Source: Octopus sinensis (lineage: Eukaryota). From it: a stretch of 64,000 nt of DNA. The notes under the pieces are model-generated. The model was not told where the DNA came from and ran no database searches. It was given only the letters and a program-made list of their open reading frames with translations. The first letter of the stretch is position 1, and each line of letters opens with the position of its first letter. Shown here in pieces: positions 29,127 through 43,071 of this stretch. The position numbers and the translations under genes were made by a program. Where the stretch lies: contig NW_021833304.1 of the NCBI RefSeq assembly GCF_006345805.1, forward strand, positions 11,464 through 75,463, given 5' to 3'.

Positions 29127-29234
29127 CCGACGAAGACCCATGTTCGAAACATCATTTCTTCTTATATCTTTCCATCTGAAACTTTCACAGAATGTCAAAT
29201 CAATATGTTCAATCTGTAATTTCAATTGGATTCT

Positions 29235-29620
29235 GTTATTTCTTTCCATTTTGGTCTGTCTGGTAAGTAGCTTGCTTACCAACCACATGGTTCCGGGTTC
29301 ATTCCCACTTCGTGGCACCTTGGGCAAGTATCTTGTACTATAGCCTCGAGCCGACCAAAGCCTATTGAGTGGATGTGGTATATATATGTATGTATATATA
29401 TATACATACATATGTGTGTGTGTACGTTTGTGTGTCTGTGTTTGTCCCCCCAACATCGCTTGACAATCGGTGGTGGGGTGTTTATGTCCCCGTAATTTAG
29501 TGGTCCGGCAAAAGAGCCCGATAGAATAAGTACTAGGCTTAGAAAGAATAAGTCATGGGATCGATTTGCTCGACTAAAGGTAATGCTCTAGCATGGCCGC
29601 AGTCAAATGACTGAAAGAAG
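29235..29620 (+). mobile_element. SINE family B, near full length
   Basis: Head gcttaccaaccacatggttccgggttc, internal microsatellite, conserved tail. Confidence 0.9.
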
Positions 29621-29699
29621 TTCGCAGAGTACACACACACACACATACACACACACACATATATACATATGAGAAATCTTGGTACTCTGAGGATCCAAA

Positions 29700-30225
29700 T
29701 TGGTAGGTAACGCTATATAAGTGCTATGGAAGGACCGTAGTTAAACTCTCGATTAGCTAATGATACGAATGAGGAGATTTGTGTGAGCATGTATATGTTA
29801 AATAAAAGGAGACAACAAAACCAAGGCTGTGTGGAATTTGAAGGACATTTATAAAGCGAAATGCAGTCTTACAGCTGTTTCTGAGATATTAGAGATATCC
29901 TTTCATCAGTGACGGTTAAATATAGGGAAATAATCGAGTTCAGCTTGAGGAGTTATTCTGGAAAATGAAGCAAATAAGGAGTATATAGGGAAATAGGAGA
30001 ATGAATGTAGAAATAGAAATAAAAATGTATAAAGATATTATAGTTGCAGTTCTATGATTCAAGGAAAGTGATTTGTAGAAGTGGTAGAAATGATTCTTGT
30101 CCGTGGTACGTAAATTTCAATATCCCAAATATCCCAGAAACAATTGTAAGACTAACTTCCTCTTTATAAATATCCTGAAAATTCCATACAGCCTTGGCTC
30201 TGTTGTCCCATTTTATTTAACACAC
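29700..30225 (-). mobile_element. Second, diverged Penelope-like element with inverted arms (family 3)
   Basis: Arms at 29795-29895 and 30128-30225 are reverse complements (about 80%). The left arm has the full HHR, the right arm only its 3' half. The flank at 29700-29790 aligns with 51400-51520. Confidence 0.65.
29866..29913 (-). ncRNA. Minimal hammerhead motif (family 3), intact core
   Basis: Minus strand gtca-CTGATGA-aaggatatctctaatatctca-GAAA-cagctg-TA-agac. Confidence 0.7.
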
Positions 30226-30723
30226 ACACACACATAAGTACATATGTATAGTCTTAAGTAGATACACTCATATGTGCCTGCATGCTAATGATAAACTAGA
30301 CGCGTGCATGTGCAACTGAGAAAGAAAAAGAGAGAGAGACAGAGAGTGTGATTGAGAGAGAGGAAGATAAATATGTACGAATGAGAGTAAGTGTATGGTG
30401 AAATGGGCGTGTAATAGGATGAGAGAAATAGACAGAGAGTTAGAGAAGCGGACATATAGATAGATATGTTTCTTTATTAGCCACACAGGGCTGCACACAG
30501 ACAGGACAAATTACAAGGTAGAGCTTTTCTTTTGGGGATGAGAAAGGGGGTTTGGTTTTCGATCAAAAGGGATCGTAATATAGATAAGTAGACTGACAGA
30601 TAGATTGGTTTATATTATTTTACGAACGGAATGAATACGCAAACTGGCACACACACGTGCACGAACTTACACGCATCCACACACATACACACACTCATGC
30701 AACCGAAAATACATGTATATCTG

Positions 30724-30759
<36 letters not shown>

Positions 30760-30835
30760 TATAATTACTGTAGTTTTATATATAATATATATATACGCAC
30801 ACACATATATATAAAAATAAATATATGTGCATATA

Positions 30836-30909
<74 letters not shown>

Positions 30910-30935
30910 TATATATATATAGATATATATATATA

Positions 30936-30989
<54 letters not shown>

Positions 30990-31380
30990 TACATATATAT
31001 ATGTAAATAGAGAGAGACAAGGGGGAGAGAAAGACAGAGTGAGTGAGATACATACTCAATATTATTAAGGTGTGACGATATCAATTAATCTCTCATACTT
31101 TCTATACAATTCCCACCCAACCTATTTTGTTTATTTTTTGAAACTGTAATAACCATAATTTTACATCATGAAATCACCCTCATAATTGAATATCAAACAT
31201 CCAACATGATTTACTTGTATTAGAATTATTAAGTTGTGCATATGTAATCGGATAGTTTTAGCCTTACACTTGATTTGTTCGTTTCCCGATCTATTGCAAC
31301 AAATATGCCGGAAGATGTTTTACTTAAAGCTATATAACACACACACACACATATATATACACACACACACATACACACAA

Positions 31381-31413
<33 letters not shown>

Positions 31414-31760
31414 CAGACACACACACACACACACACAATACATATATGTATTTATGTGGGAATGTGTGCTTATATATACATATATATCTATATATGTGTG
31501 CGTGTGTGTGTGTGGTGTGGTGTGTGTGTTTGTGTGCGTGTGTACGCATATGTGTGTATAACTGAGAATATCACGTTGCTAAGTTTGCTTTAATTAAGGC
31601 ATTTTTTTGCCTATGTAATCGTAATCCTCAGCTCTCATCTCGACTTCCGGATAATCCAACATATGTGTCAAGGTCTCTATAGATTTTTTCCGATCGACCG
31701 CAATGTTTTCAGAGAGTGTAGTCTGCTTAGTGCACAGCGTTAGAAGATAGATAGACAGAG

Positions 31761-31829
<69 letters not shown>

Positions 31830-31848
31830 TATAGATAGACAGACAGAC

Positions 31849-31942
<94 letters not shown>

Positions 31943-34029
31943 TTAATTAGGTACATAAACAGAGCGAGAGAAAGAGAGAGAGAAAGAAACAACATATAGA
32001 TACAGTTGGCTCGGTTTTATGATTCTCATCCTTAATTGCGAAAGGAATGGGATTTCTTTTAATTAATATTCATTAGCAATCACAGAGCGAAGCAAAGCGT
32101 GCGTACAAACCACTCAATAATAATCTTAATACAATGTTATCACGCTACGCTGTTCATTTACATCACAGCGGTGTTAGCGGTATTCCTTTTGCTCGCTTCC
32201 ATCTTCGACATTGGAAATACATTATTTCAAACTTTAGAACATGAACCCAGGATCACACGGAGTGTGTATGTGTGACAATGTTGTGGAAGTATTTCATTGG
32301 TCTTTAGTTCATCGATTCCAGACGGATGTAGTGTAATTTTCACTCAACCAAGAAAAGAATTAGAACTCCGGCTATTTGTTCTTGCCAATCAGAGACCAAA
32401 CAATATCAATCACATATCGATATCTTATACACACACACACACGGCCCTCAAATCGGATGGAGCGTGCGGAATATATTAAACAAGCGAGCAATATAAGATC
32501 AATATATATTTTATTGATTCCTGGAAGCATGAAATGAAACGACGTTCGGCCACGGTGGGATTCGAAATCACACACAAAGATTATATATTTAAATATGGAA
32601 AAGCATTTCCCCCAGCCCTCGAAAGATATATGATATATTAGCTTGTAATATACTGCTATAAAGTAAGGCAATAACCTGGCAGACCTGGAAAATACCGATA
32701 GATTTAATGGTTCCATAACCATCCAATATATCAGTCGTTCTAGATCTGTATCTGGAGTTGACCTTTGATATTATGGCACAAGGAAATGTATGTGATTCAG
32801 TACGTTATCCCCATGGCTGTATAACCCTAAGGCATCTCTGTAGTTCAATGGTCATTAAATATAGCCGCGTTTGTTTATGGTATCTCAATACTTGTCTGAT
32901 TCTACGGCGCCGTCTCTCTCTCTTCCTTCTCTATCGAAGATATGCAATTTAAAAGCCGCATATTACTCTAGTTTTACGACCTCACATTATCTGTATTTCT
33001 GTGACCCTATACTGTCTCTCTGGTCCCAGACCCTATCGCATTTTTTCTTACTGTTCTTTGTCTTCGTGATATTCCGATATAGATACGGAAACCTATACGG
33101 AGAAAGATAATTTAAATATTATTTTAAAAGAAGTAAACAATTTCCTAAACTAAACGAGAAAAAAGGTAAAGTAGATTACATTTCTTCAACATTTGATAAG
33201 ATGATCGTCTCGATGCCCGTCTTTATTGATTTATTGGGGAATTTGAAATGTTCAGGTTCTTAGCAAAGAGGGTACTAATTTAATTGGCTTCGACGTACAA
33301 TTATATCCGGTCGCAGACATGGCTCCCGGGAATTCCTGCATCATCTGTTTAAAACTTAAAGATGTCAAGGATGTTTAACTGACTTATTTTCTACACCGAG
33401 AGAGATACAAGAATGTTTTTACCAGTATATTTATCTTGAAACCAGATGATTTTGTTTCTGAAACTAGAAGATCAATTAGCTGATTTACTTTGTAAGCTAA
33501 CACCTGATTAATTAGGATATCAAAATCCTCCTCATAATCATCATTAATTAAACCTTTAATTTTGATTGATGTTCCTTCTTATCTTTCAAACGCGGAAGTT
33601 ATCGATTATATTTGATAACAAAAAGCAAAACCCCATATCAGTAAATAGAAAAAAAGTGTTTTGTCAACTCTATAACGATGTTAAAATGATGATTGCAGGA
33701 ATGCGTGAAGCTTGTTGCTTTTATTTTCAATTTTTTAAGGTGAGAGATTTGGCTTATGTGTCTGGAATTAGCTTTAATTATACAACCTGCTTAATTTGGT
33801 GTATGTATGAAAATGTGTGTGCGCGTGCTTGTGTGTGTATGTATGTGTGTGTATATATGTGTATATGCGCATATATATGTATAAACATGTATATATACAT
33901 ACATATATATATGTATACATGTATATATATTAAAGAAAAAGAAAATGGAAATTGGGAAATCAATTGTTTATTTTTAACAACAAATCATTTTCGTTTTCGT
34001 TTTTTAGATTAATGTAACCCTGAGCACCA

Positions 34030-34230
34030 CCAGCAAAAATATTTTTTCCTCTGTCTTCCCTTCTTGGGATCTTTCCTTCTCCTTGTTTCCGACGAAGAGC
34101 TCCGCTCGAAACGTTAGACCCTCCTTCCCTTCTTCTGAGCGTCAATAATACTTTAATTGTTCCACGTCCTCGCGTTGCTGTTTTTTTTCTCTTTTTCTGT
34201 GTTTTCTTGTTTGGATTAACTATATATATA
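34030..34230 (+). mobile_element. pLTR-like repeat, family 2
   Basis: High similarity to 63285-63470; carries an HHR motif and ends in (TA)n. Confidence 0.6.
34085..34119 (+). ncRNA. Minimal hammerhead-like motif (family 2)
   Basis: gttt-CCGACGA-a-gagc(tcc)gctc-GAAA-cgtta-gac; AACGTT palindrome at stem III. Confidence 0.55.
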
Positions 34231-34336
34231 TATCTACCTATTATTTTAAGGAAATCAATTCTCAGAAAATATTAGGTATTGAACCAGTAATTATTTGCAT
34301 GATACCATATTTCATGAGGCTAACAAGTGCATGTGT

Positions 34337-34396
<60 letters not shown>

Positions 34397-34912
34397 TATA
34401 TATATATGTATACATATATATACATATATATATTGTTGTTGTTGTTGTTCTGCACACGGACTCCACTAATGATAGCATTTGTTAAGGCTGTTCAATATCT
34501 TCAATCGATCAACAGACCGACTGATTAAACGGGTGCATGAACGCATCTACAAGGCGCATCAGGAACAGCTCTAAGTCAAAGATGTACAAGCAAAGAAATA
34601 TGTATATCAGATATATAATTCTCAGCTCATCTTCATTGCAATGTCTTTGTTATATGCTCTGTATGCTGTATGAAGTCCAATGAAGCGAATTCAGGATTCA
34701 GTTATTGAGTGAAGTGCCTTATTATTGTTTATCTTAAGTAATGCTGTACGATCCCTATTATTCAAGTGATTGGTCAAGTCTGGATTGCACCAATGTGCTA
34801 GGGTTACCCATTCTTATGTTTGATATATATATATATATATATATTTATATACATATACATATATACATTTATACATATATATGTATATATATCAGCATAT
34901 ATATATATATCG

Positions 34913-34956
<44 letters not shown>

Positions 34957-34960
34957 ATAC

Positions 34961-35009
<49 letters not shown>

Positions 35010-35092
35010 ATATATATATGTATAAGTATTAATATATATATATATATACACATATATATATAATATATATTGTGTGTGTGTCTGTGCGCGTG

Positions 35093-35670
35093 TATTCGGT
35101 TATCCCATAAATAATGAGGTTCTTTTTTCAATTGCAAATCGGGTCTTTTGAAATGAACTTAAAATCGGGGTGTGACGGGTTAAACTACCTGCATCAACTT
35201 GCTATAAAAGCAGGTAGTAATTTTGCTTTGTACTCATTCTTAGTGCAAGTTTTGAAAAATGAACAGTTTTTTAACAGTTATTTTTTCAAACCTATAATCG
35301 AAGTGGCAAAGGAGCATATCTCGCATATTTTGTTTTATGGGTTTAATAAAGGCAACAATGCAACGGAAAGTACGAGGAATACAATGCAGTGTCAACATTG
35401 GTTCCAGAAATTCCGAGCTGGAAACTACGACCTAGAATACGAGCCTCGTCTCAGAACATATGTAGAGCTCGATGAGGTCATCCGGCAAACTCTGAAGAAC
35501 AGTGGTGAATCTTCGATTAGCTTATTCCACCATTTATCGATAACTGTCTGTCATCGGAAATGTCAGTATATTGGAGCAATGGGTTTGTCACAAACTTTCC
35601 GAGTCTAATCGCGCCCAGAGAATGAATGTATGCTCTTCTTTACTGTCACGTCTCACGAATAAATCTTGAC
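35093..35670 (+). mobile_element. Mariner transposon 5' remnant
   Basis: TA followed by TIR-like TTCGGTTATCCCATAAATAATG; KEHISHILFYGFNKGNNA, QCQHWFQKFRAGNYDLEYEPR, QRMNVCSSLL match the mariner HTH region. Confidence 0.8.
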
Positions 35671-36272
35671 TGGGTACCATTGTTCTTGTTACCATTGTTT
35701 GAGAGTGGGTTAGTTCTGCTCCGGCTGAGCTAACGTTGCTTTTGAATCGTACATCAGTCCTCATGTAAAAGCTGTATCGCTATTACTGTTGAGTCATAAT
35801 CCAGTACATCTCTACTCAACGAACTTTCCACCGTACGCCATATCTTCTTTCACACATAGACCTGCATACTCCAAAATGGTGGCTTACCTCATTTTAGAAA
35901 CATAAATCGTGTATTTATGGAGATTTTACTTGCTATTTCTAACAAATTATGGATGTAACTGTATTCAGGTACGACTTTTAACAGTCTGAATTCAAATCGG
36001 GCTGATATTAGTTTTAAGTTTTATCTTTCCCAGATCGATAAAATTTAGTACCACCCAAATATTAGGATCGATTTAAAATTCCTATAAAATATTCGGATAT
36101 TTGAAAGGAAGTATAAAAGTCGAATATGATGTGGAGGAGGCATTCTTTGTCATGTGCACCGGCAGTGGACTCATATTTACGTCATCCGTTCCATCTAATT
36201 TATTTCGACTCACTGGGGATTTTGTATGTAAATACATACATACATACACACACACACACATACACACACACA

Positions 36273-36321
<49 letters not shown>

Positions 36322-36407
36322 TATATATATGTATATATATATACATACATATCCATCCATATATATATATATATTATATATATATATATATACATACATA
36401 TCCATCC

Positions 36408-36438
<31 letters not shown>

Positions 36439-36503
36439 CATACATATCCATCCATATATATATATATTTATACATATATATATATATATATTATATATAT
36501 ATA

Positions 36504-36534
<31 letters not shown>

Positions 36535-37124
36535 CATACATACATATGTGTCTGTGTCTGTGTTTGTGTGCGTGTTTGTGTGCGTGTCTATATATGCCTG
36601 TATGTATATGTATGTATAAATTATTGAAAGATGTTAATTTCTTCTGTGACAATAACAATCTTATTTCAAGTGTTCCCATTGTTTCGGTGACGTTTTTATA
36701 TATCCCACGAGGCGTTTGGAAATAATTGCATTTATTGTCAACTCTGCAGTACCAATATTACCATTACAAAAGAGTTCCATAAGGTAGCTTTATTTAAGAC
36801 TGAATATATGACATTCCAATATATAAAATTTAGAAGCTTTCGAATAAAAACGGAAACAGCTATCGCTTGATTGTCGATCGAGGATATTTCTAATCCAGAT
36901 TCTCTCTCCCCTCCATAATGATGTCGCATTTTAGCCCAAAGCCAGGGGTTTTCAAGGAAGTAACTGATCAAATGTACTCTAATATTTAACTGATACTTTA
37001 TTTTGATGTTGGAAAGGCTGGAATTTGAACTGAAATGTCCATGGCTGGGAAGACTTGTATAACAGGTTGTTACCTTCTCAGAGAGAGTCAGAATAACACA
37101 GAAAGTAACAAGGTAGAATCTTTG

Positions 37125-37280
37125 AATAACTGTTGCTACTCAGTTTTTGCCAGCTGAATGAATTGGAAGAACGTGAAGTAAAGGACCTTGCTCAAGGACA
37201 CAGAACCCCGTCGATAATCGAACTCATCACCTTGCGATCGTGACCCAAATGCCCCGATCCACTAAGCCACGCACTTTCAG
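37125..37280 (-). mobile_element. SINE family C, 5' part
   Basis: Same head and gtccttgagcaag domain as 8328-8648. Confidence 0.8.
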
Positions 37281-38885
37281 AATACAAATAACCGCAAAGT
37301 ATTCTAGTTATGCGTTCGAACACCAAGAATTCCGCCTAAAACTGTCGTATTGGATATCTGAACATGAAAAGACATATTTTCTTTTGCTTAAGATCAAGAA
37401 ATTATGTGCTGATTGCTAGTACTTCAACTGATGACATAGTGTCACATGTACCTCTTCGATAGAGTCTCCTACTACACATACATAGGAAGTCCATGGGTGG
37501 GAACGGTAGACTCGAAACTCGATTATGTAGAGATAAATTAACAGAAAATTAATTTAGACTCTAGCCTATAGATCGAAAGTGAGAGAATTGTGTGATTATA
37601 TCAACCTACATTGTTTAATGCTATTATATATCATAGCCCCGGGATATATATATACAGTAAAGTAGAATTTAGCTGGATTCGATCCCAGAATGTAAAGTAA
37701 AATAATCATTAGCCTCCATAGTTACTGCAAGTGCTCTAATCTCGCATTCTTTTCATTACTGATTTTTGTCCAAGAGTATTTCAACTGGAATGAGTTCATA
37801 CATAAGGAGTGTGATACTAATGAATTTTAATTTTTAAACTGTTTGATTCGTTAAAAGCGTTCCTCTAAAAGCATCGGATCCAAACATCTAATGTAGTTCT
37901 TCAGAATTCTTAGATAAATTTTTATTGACGATGACGAAATGTTTATTAATTAATGATAGATTCAATCCAATTAACGATATATTTACAGAATGGAGTATAA
38001 TGATATCAATTTAATGACGAGAATTTTAAATAAAATTTAATGCGTGCAGATTTAATATAATGATTCATAATTTTCAATAACTTGATTGCTTGTTTTCATA
38101 AGAAAAACGTGAACGCCTTACCACCTACTTCTGAATAAGTCTGTAGCTGTTGTCTAAGACTCAAGTGAATTATGTAGGCTTCCTTTTTCAACAGATACAA
38201 AGTTGGATTGATTGCAGAATGAAGGAAGAAATGAGTTGCTGTAACACACATATATTTTCGGGTATATTCATGGAGTTGATGAGGGAAATTGCATCTTGGA
38301 GTGAATGATCTAGTGTCACCGATTCTGTAGGTGCGCGCGCGAGTGTGCGTATGTGTGCGCACGCATCTGTGTGTTTATCATGTGCCTATCATGTCATTTC
38401 AAAAAAGAAAAAAATTACGAAATTATGTCTGCACAATATATAAAATAAAACAAAACAAATTAAGTAACCTCAAAGAAAATAATGAACTGTGGGTAACGGA
38501 TGAAAGGGTCGCCCGCCGCTGGTTCGGCTGCAAAGTGTCAATGTATGAAGGAATACACTTCGCCTTCAATCGAAATAATTATTATTATTGCGGGTAAGAG
38601 TTCGGCAATTTTAAGGGGATTAAATCGATTACATCGAAGCCAGTACATGACTGGTATTTTAATTTATCGACCCCGGAAGGATAAAATGCACAACAAATAT
38701 TATCGTGATTTGAACGCTCCCACTGAAATAATATCAAACAAATATCTGATAACGCTGATCTAAGTGTGATGCCTACGTGACACATAACTACAGATAAACT
38801 CCACAAAAAGGAACAGTTTATATACATTTATAAATTGTTTTCGGATTTGGATTTGGATTCTTTATGTGAGTTCGTATGTTGAAGC

Positions 38886-39104
38886 ATATTCTGTTGGTTC
38901 TGGGGAAAGTCATTCTCTTTTTGTGCCTTGTGGTTTAACACACTCACCGGTAAAATTTTCCCTATTTTTTTTTTATCATTCTAAAAGGTTGCAAGACACA
39001 ACGAAAATTTTATGAAAATAAAAATAGAAATAAGTGGAAATATTACCGGTGACTGTGTTAAATTGTAAGGTACCATAAGAGAATGGCTCTCCCCAGACAC
39101 AACA

Positions 39105-39110
<6 letters not shown>
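38886..39110. mobile_element. MITE-like element with ~75-bp terminal inverted repeats
   Basis: 38886-38962 is the reverse complement of 39036-39110 (about 75-80%; termini atattctgttg / caacagaatat). Confidence 0.7.
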
Positions 39111-39141
<31 letters not shown>

Positions 39142-40029
39142 ACAAATATTTCAGATAAAACGTTTTTACTTAAAATATCCTTTCTCTTCCTGTTTGTGAT
39201 CAAGTTCTCTTCGAAAACTTTCTCCCTCGCGGCAAACATTTTACATTCCACTGTCTCAATTAAGCTATATCACCGTAATGATTAGAAATTAAATGAAGTC
39301 ACGAAATTAAGATTTATCCGCAGCTTAAGTTTCGAATCGCCAATTGAGAAAATATTAATATTTGAATTATTGTATTCACAAACACACAATAAAGTATATA
39401 ACAAGATTCAAAACACTTTTGATCTGGCAAAATACACGACAAGGGTTCACATTTAAAAAGAACAACTTAAATACAATAAAATATTTAAAATATTTTCAGT
39501 AATCCTAATGACTTTAATAAAATTTCAAATTTCAAATTTGAAATAGGAGACATGTAATGGCCTGGAACGAGTTGCTAATTTAACAGACAGACTTAATTCA
39601 TCATCAGGAATTTCATTTTCTTTTCGTTCAGTTTTTCTAATGGACGTGAAACGAAATGAATAATTTATCTCCCCATCCATGTCACTTAATATTAGATCGG
39701 TATTTCTCTTCATAAAAAAAAGTTCAAAGTAAAAAATTGAGGATATTTCGAAATAGAAATGAGAAATATTTTATGATTGTCCCGTAGGTGAAGGATCATG
39801 TTCTGTAATGCCACCAGCTGAAATATCAATACAGAAAGGGCGACGGTGGTGTTGGTGGTGGGGTTAGCGGTAGAAAGAAAAGAAAGTGGGAATGATTAAA
39901 CATTGATTTTGTATTGGTTAGAAAATGAAAATTGTCTTGAATAAATTATGCAAATGATTCTGCGGTTGGGCCTGAATATATGAAACATGAAGTAAATCAA
40001 ATGTTTTTCGACGCATCTTTAGAATGAAA

Positions 40030-40073
<44 letters not shown>

Positions 40074-40861
40074 ACACAGGTTATCAAATGGAGAAATATG
40101 CTTGAAAAAATATTAATAACAATATCGATGTGTACGTGTCAGATGTATCAGTTATTGATTCAGCAGTTTGTTGACATATTGACATTCAACATGCATTGAA
40201 TACACGCACACACACGCACGCACACACACACACACATAGACACACATACACACACACACACAACACGAACATGCGCACATTCACGACATGCGCAGTACAT
40301 ACATGTATCTGTACACAAGTTAGGAAACTGAGATATTCTGGAAGGTTATCTTAAAGATACACATATTTCTTTTAATATATTCATACATTCAAGATACATA
40401 TTTTCCGTTTATTTCTTTGCGATAGTCATTGGCCGTAGCCCCAACAAGTTATAAAATAGTCATAGAGTACTCTCAATGAATAATCAACTCCATTCCATTA
40501 CGCTATAACATACACAGACATATGTATGTGTATGTTTATATACATACATATATGCATATATATATATATATATATATTTCCCCACAACCGTTTGACAACC
40601 GGTGTTGGTGTGTTTCCGTACCTGTAATTTCGCGGTTTGGCGAAAGAGCCATCTTACCTGACTTTCTTACCTTTTACAGTTCGTAATGGACGCTTCCCAA
40701 GCCAATAATTCTCCTGCAGCTGAGCTAATTTCTCTAAATATGAAGCAATTAATTTAACCAAATGCCAATCAACAACCAGCTAAGATTAATACTTATTTCT
40801 TGCAGCTGCTCACCTTGGTTTCTCCATTAAGAATCTAGAATCGATTCGCACTTCGGTTAAG

Positions 40862-41215
40862 TGTGCAGTTGGCTCAGTGGTTCGAGCGTCGAGCTTACGA
40901 TCGTGAGATTGTGAATTAGATTCCTGGACCGGGTTGCGTGTTGTGTTCTTGAGCAAGGCACTTTATTTCACGTTGCTCCAGTTCACTCAGCTGTAGAAAT
41001 GAGTTGCGACGTCACTGGTGCAAAGCTGTATCGACCCTTTTGCCTTTCCCTTGGATAACATCAATAGTGTTGAGAGGGGAAGCTGGTATACATGGACGAC
41101 TGGTGGCCTTCCATAAAGAACCTTGCCCGGACATGTGCCTTTGAGGGTAACTTTCTAGGTGCAATCCCATGGTCATTTATAACAGAAGAGGGTCTCCTGT
41201 CCTCTATCCATAGGA
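40862..41215 (+). mobile_element. SINE family C-related
   Basis: tggctcagtggtt head, tgtgttcttgagcaaggcactttatttcacgttgctccag domain. Confidence 0.85.
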
Positions 41216-42105
41216 GAAAGAGCAGTGTCCTTAGCGTTCTAACTACCTTTTCGTTTGGTGAGAAAAAGCAAAGATCTGACCTAAAGACATACAGCAGAGT
41301 GAATCCATGAATATATTCTAGGGTCACGGGGTGAATTTAAACCAGGACACAAAGTAGGTTTAATCTTACCCAGTGAACAGTCAGACGAAGGCTGAACATG
41401 TTGCCACAGTTCTCACTTCCAGAGTCATTGGAAAAATGAAAATATATAACCTTGTTTTTTTGCGTTTCTTTCATTTCTTTATATACAAAATTTACAGGAA
41501 TAAAAGAAGAGAAATTCACTTAAAACCTCTACACACGCCACTTTCTCACTCTCGTACCAATTACTGGAAAATACAACAAATCAACAACAACAACAACAGC
41601 AACAACAATAAAATAAGACTATGGCTATGTCATACACAATTCAATCGATCTAGACTCAGCTTTAATTCAATAACCATAAGCTTTAACACGTTCTTACAAA
41701 AAAAATAAAGCTCTAATTTGACGATCAATATATTCTTGAAATAAAATTTAGTGAAAGCATTCTTCATGCCACACACTTTCATCTTTCATTCTCCCATTTC
41801 TCTTCTCTCTCCATATTGCTCCTTCTTCTCTCTCTCTCATTCTCTTACTCTCTGTTTCCCCCCATCTCTCTTATATATAATCTTATTGTAAGTTTCTATC
41901 TATTTCATTATCTCTGTATCCTATCCACCTCTCCATGTTTAAATACATTTTCTCTCCTTTCTTATTCTATATCTCTGGCTTTATCTTAGATTCCTCTGTA
42001 AGTCAAATTATATATTTCTCTGTTCCTGTCTGTATGTCAGGTTGTCCGTCCGTCAGACTGTCCATCTATGTGCGTGTCTGTCTGTCTACCCCCCTCTCTC
42101 TCTCT

Positions 42106-42212
<107 letters not shown>

Positions 42213-42249
42213 CGTCCGTCTTTGTATCCATACACAACGGTAGAATGTT

Positions 42250-42860
42250 TATTTGCATTCTGCCATTCTAGTGTTCAAGGACCGCCAATTATTTGGACTT
42301 TGCAAATAAGCTTATTAATTTGAAGATCGACGAAAATGCAGAAGAATAACAGAGTCTGCGAAGATACTACATTAGCCGCATTTTAGAACAAAACAGAAAG
42401 ATATGGGGCCAACAACTTTTTGAGGGTCTTCGTTACTATTTGCACGAAGATAGGAACTCATTCTTTGACTAGTGACCAGCTCTAAACGATAATAGAAGAT
42501 CGGACACACACAAATAGCAATAATGAAGTCGCGGTCTTATAACAAACAGTTGATTGAGTCGGTCAGAAAACCACCCAGAGTGTAGAACAGATCCTTCCGC
42601 GGTTTTCTACACAATATCTTTTTATACCAATCCAATAACAAATGCTTCAACCAACGCGAGGCAATGACGGAAAATATTCGCCCAATATAGAGAAGAGTGG
42701 ATTTGAACATGAAGCCTCTTCAACCGTATTGCACATTATCAAATGATTTGTTAGCTGACACTGCAGTTCTGAATTCGTGCTTTTCTGTAGGTTTGAACCA
42801 TAAACGATATCTTACTCCAACATTTAATTCCATACGGCGTTGCTACTTCATACTGAAGTC
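42250..42860 (+). mobile_element. Degenerate RTE RT C-terminal fragment
   Basis: NDNRRSDTQIAIMKS (cf. DGRSDTEIKRRIAIAKS); RSFRGFLHNIFLYQS (cf. RFLRCFVWSVFLYGS). Confidence 0.55.
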
Positions 42861-42897
42861 TAAAATATAATGAAAGGCTTCTTGATTATCAAGCGAT

Positions 42898-42949
<52 letters not shown>

Positions 42950-43020
42950 TGATGATGATGATAATAATATTAATAATATTAATAATAATAATAATAATGA
43001 TGATGATGATGATGATGATG

Positions 43021-43071
<51 letters not shown>

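Noticed and set aside
38185-38330. Good acceptor cttcctttttcaacAG
   Set aside because: No strong donor, and the frames are short or unrecognisable.
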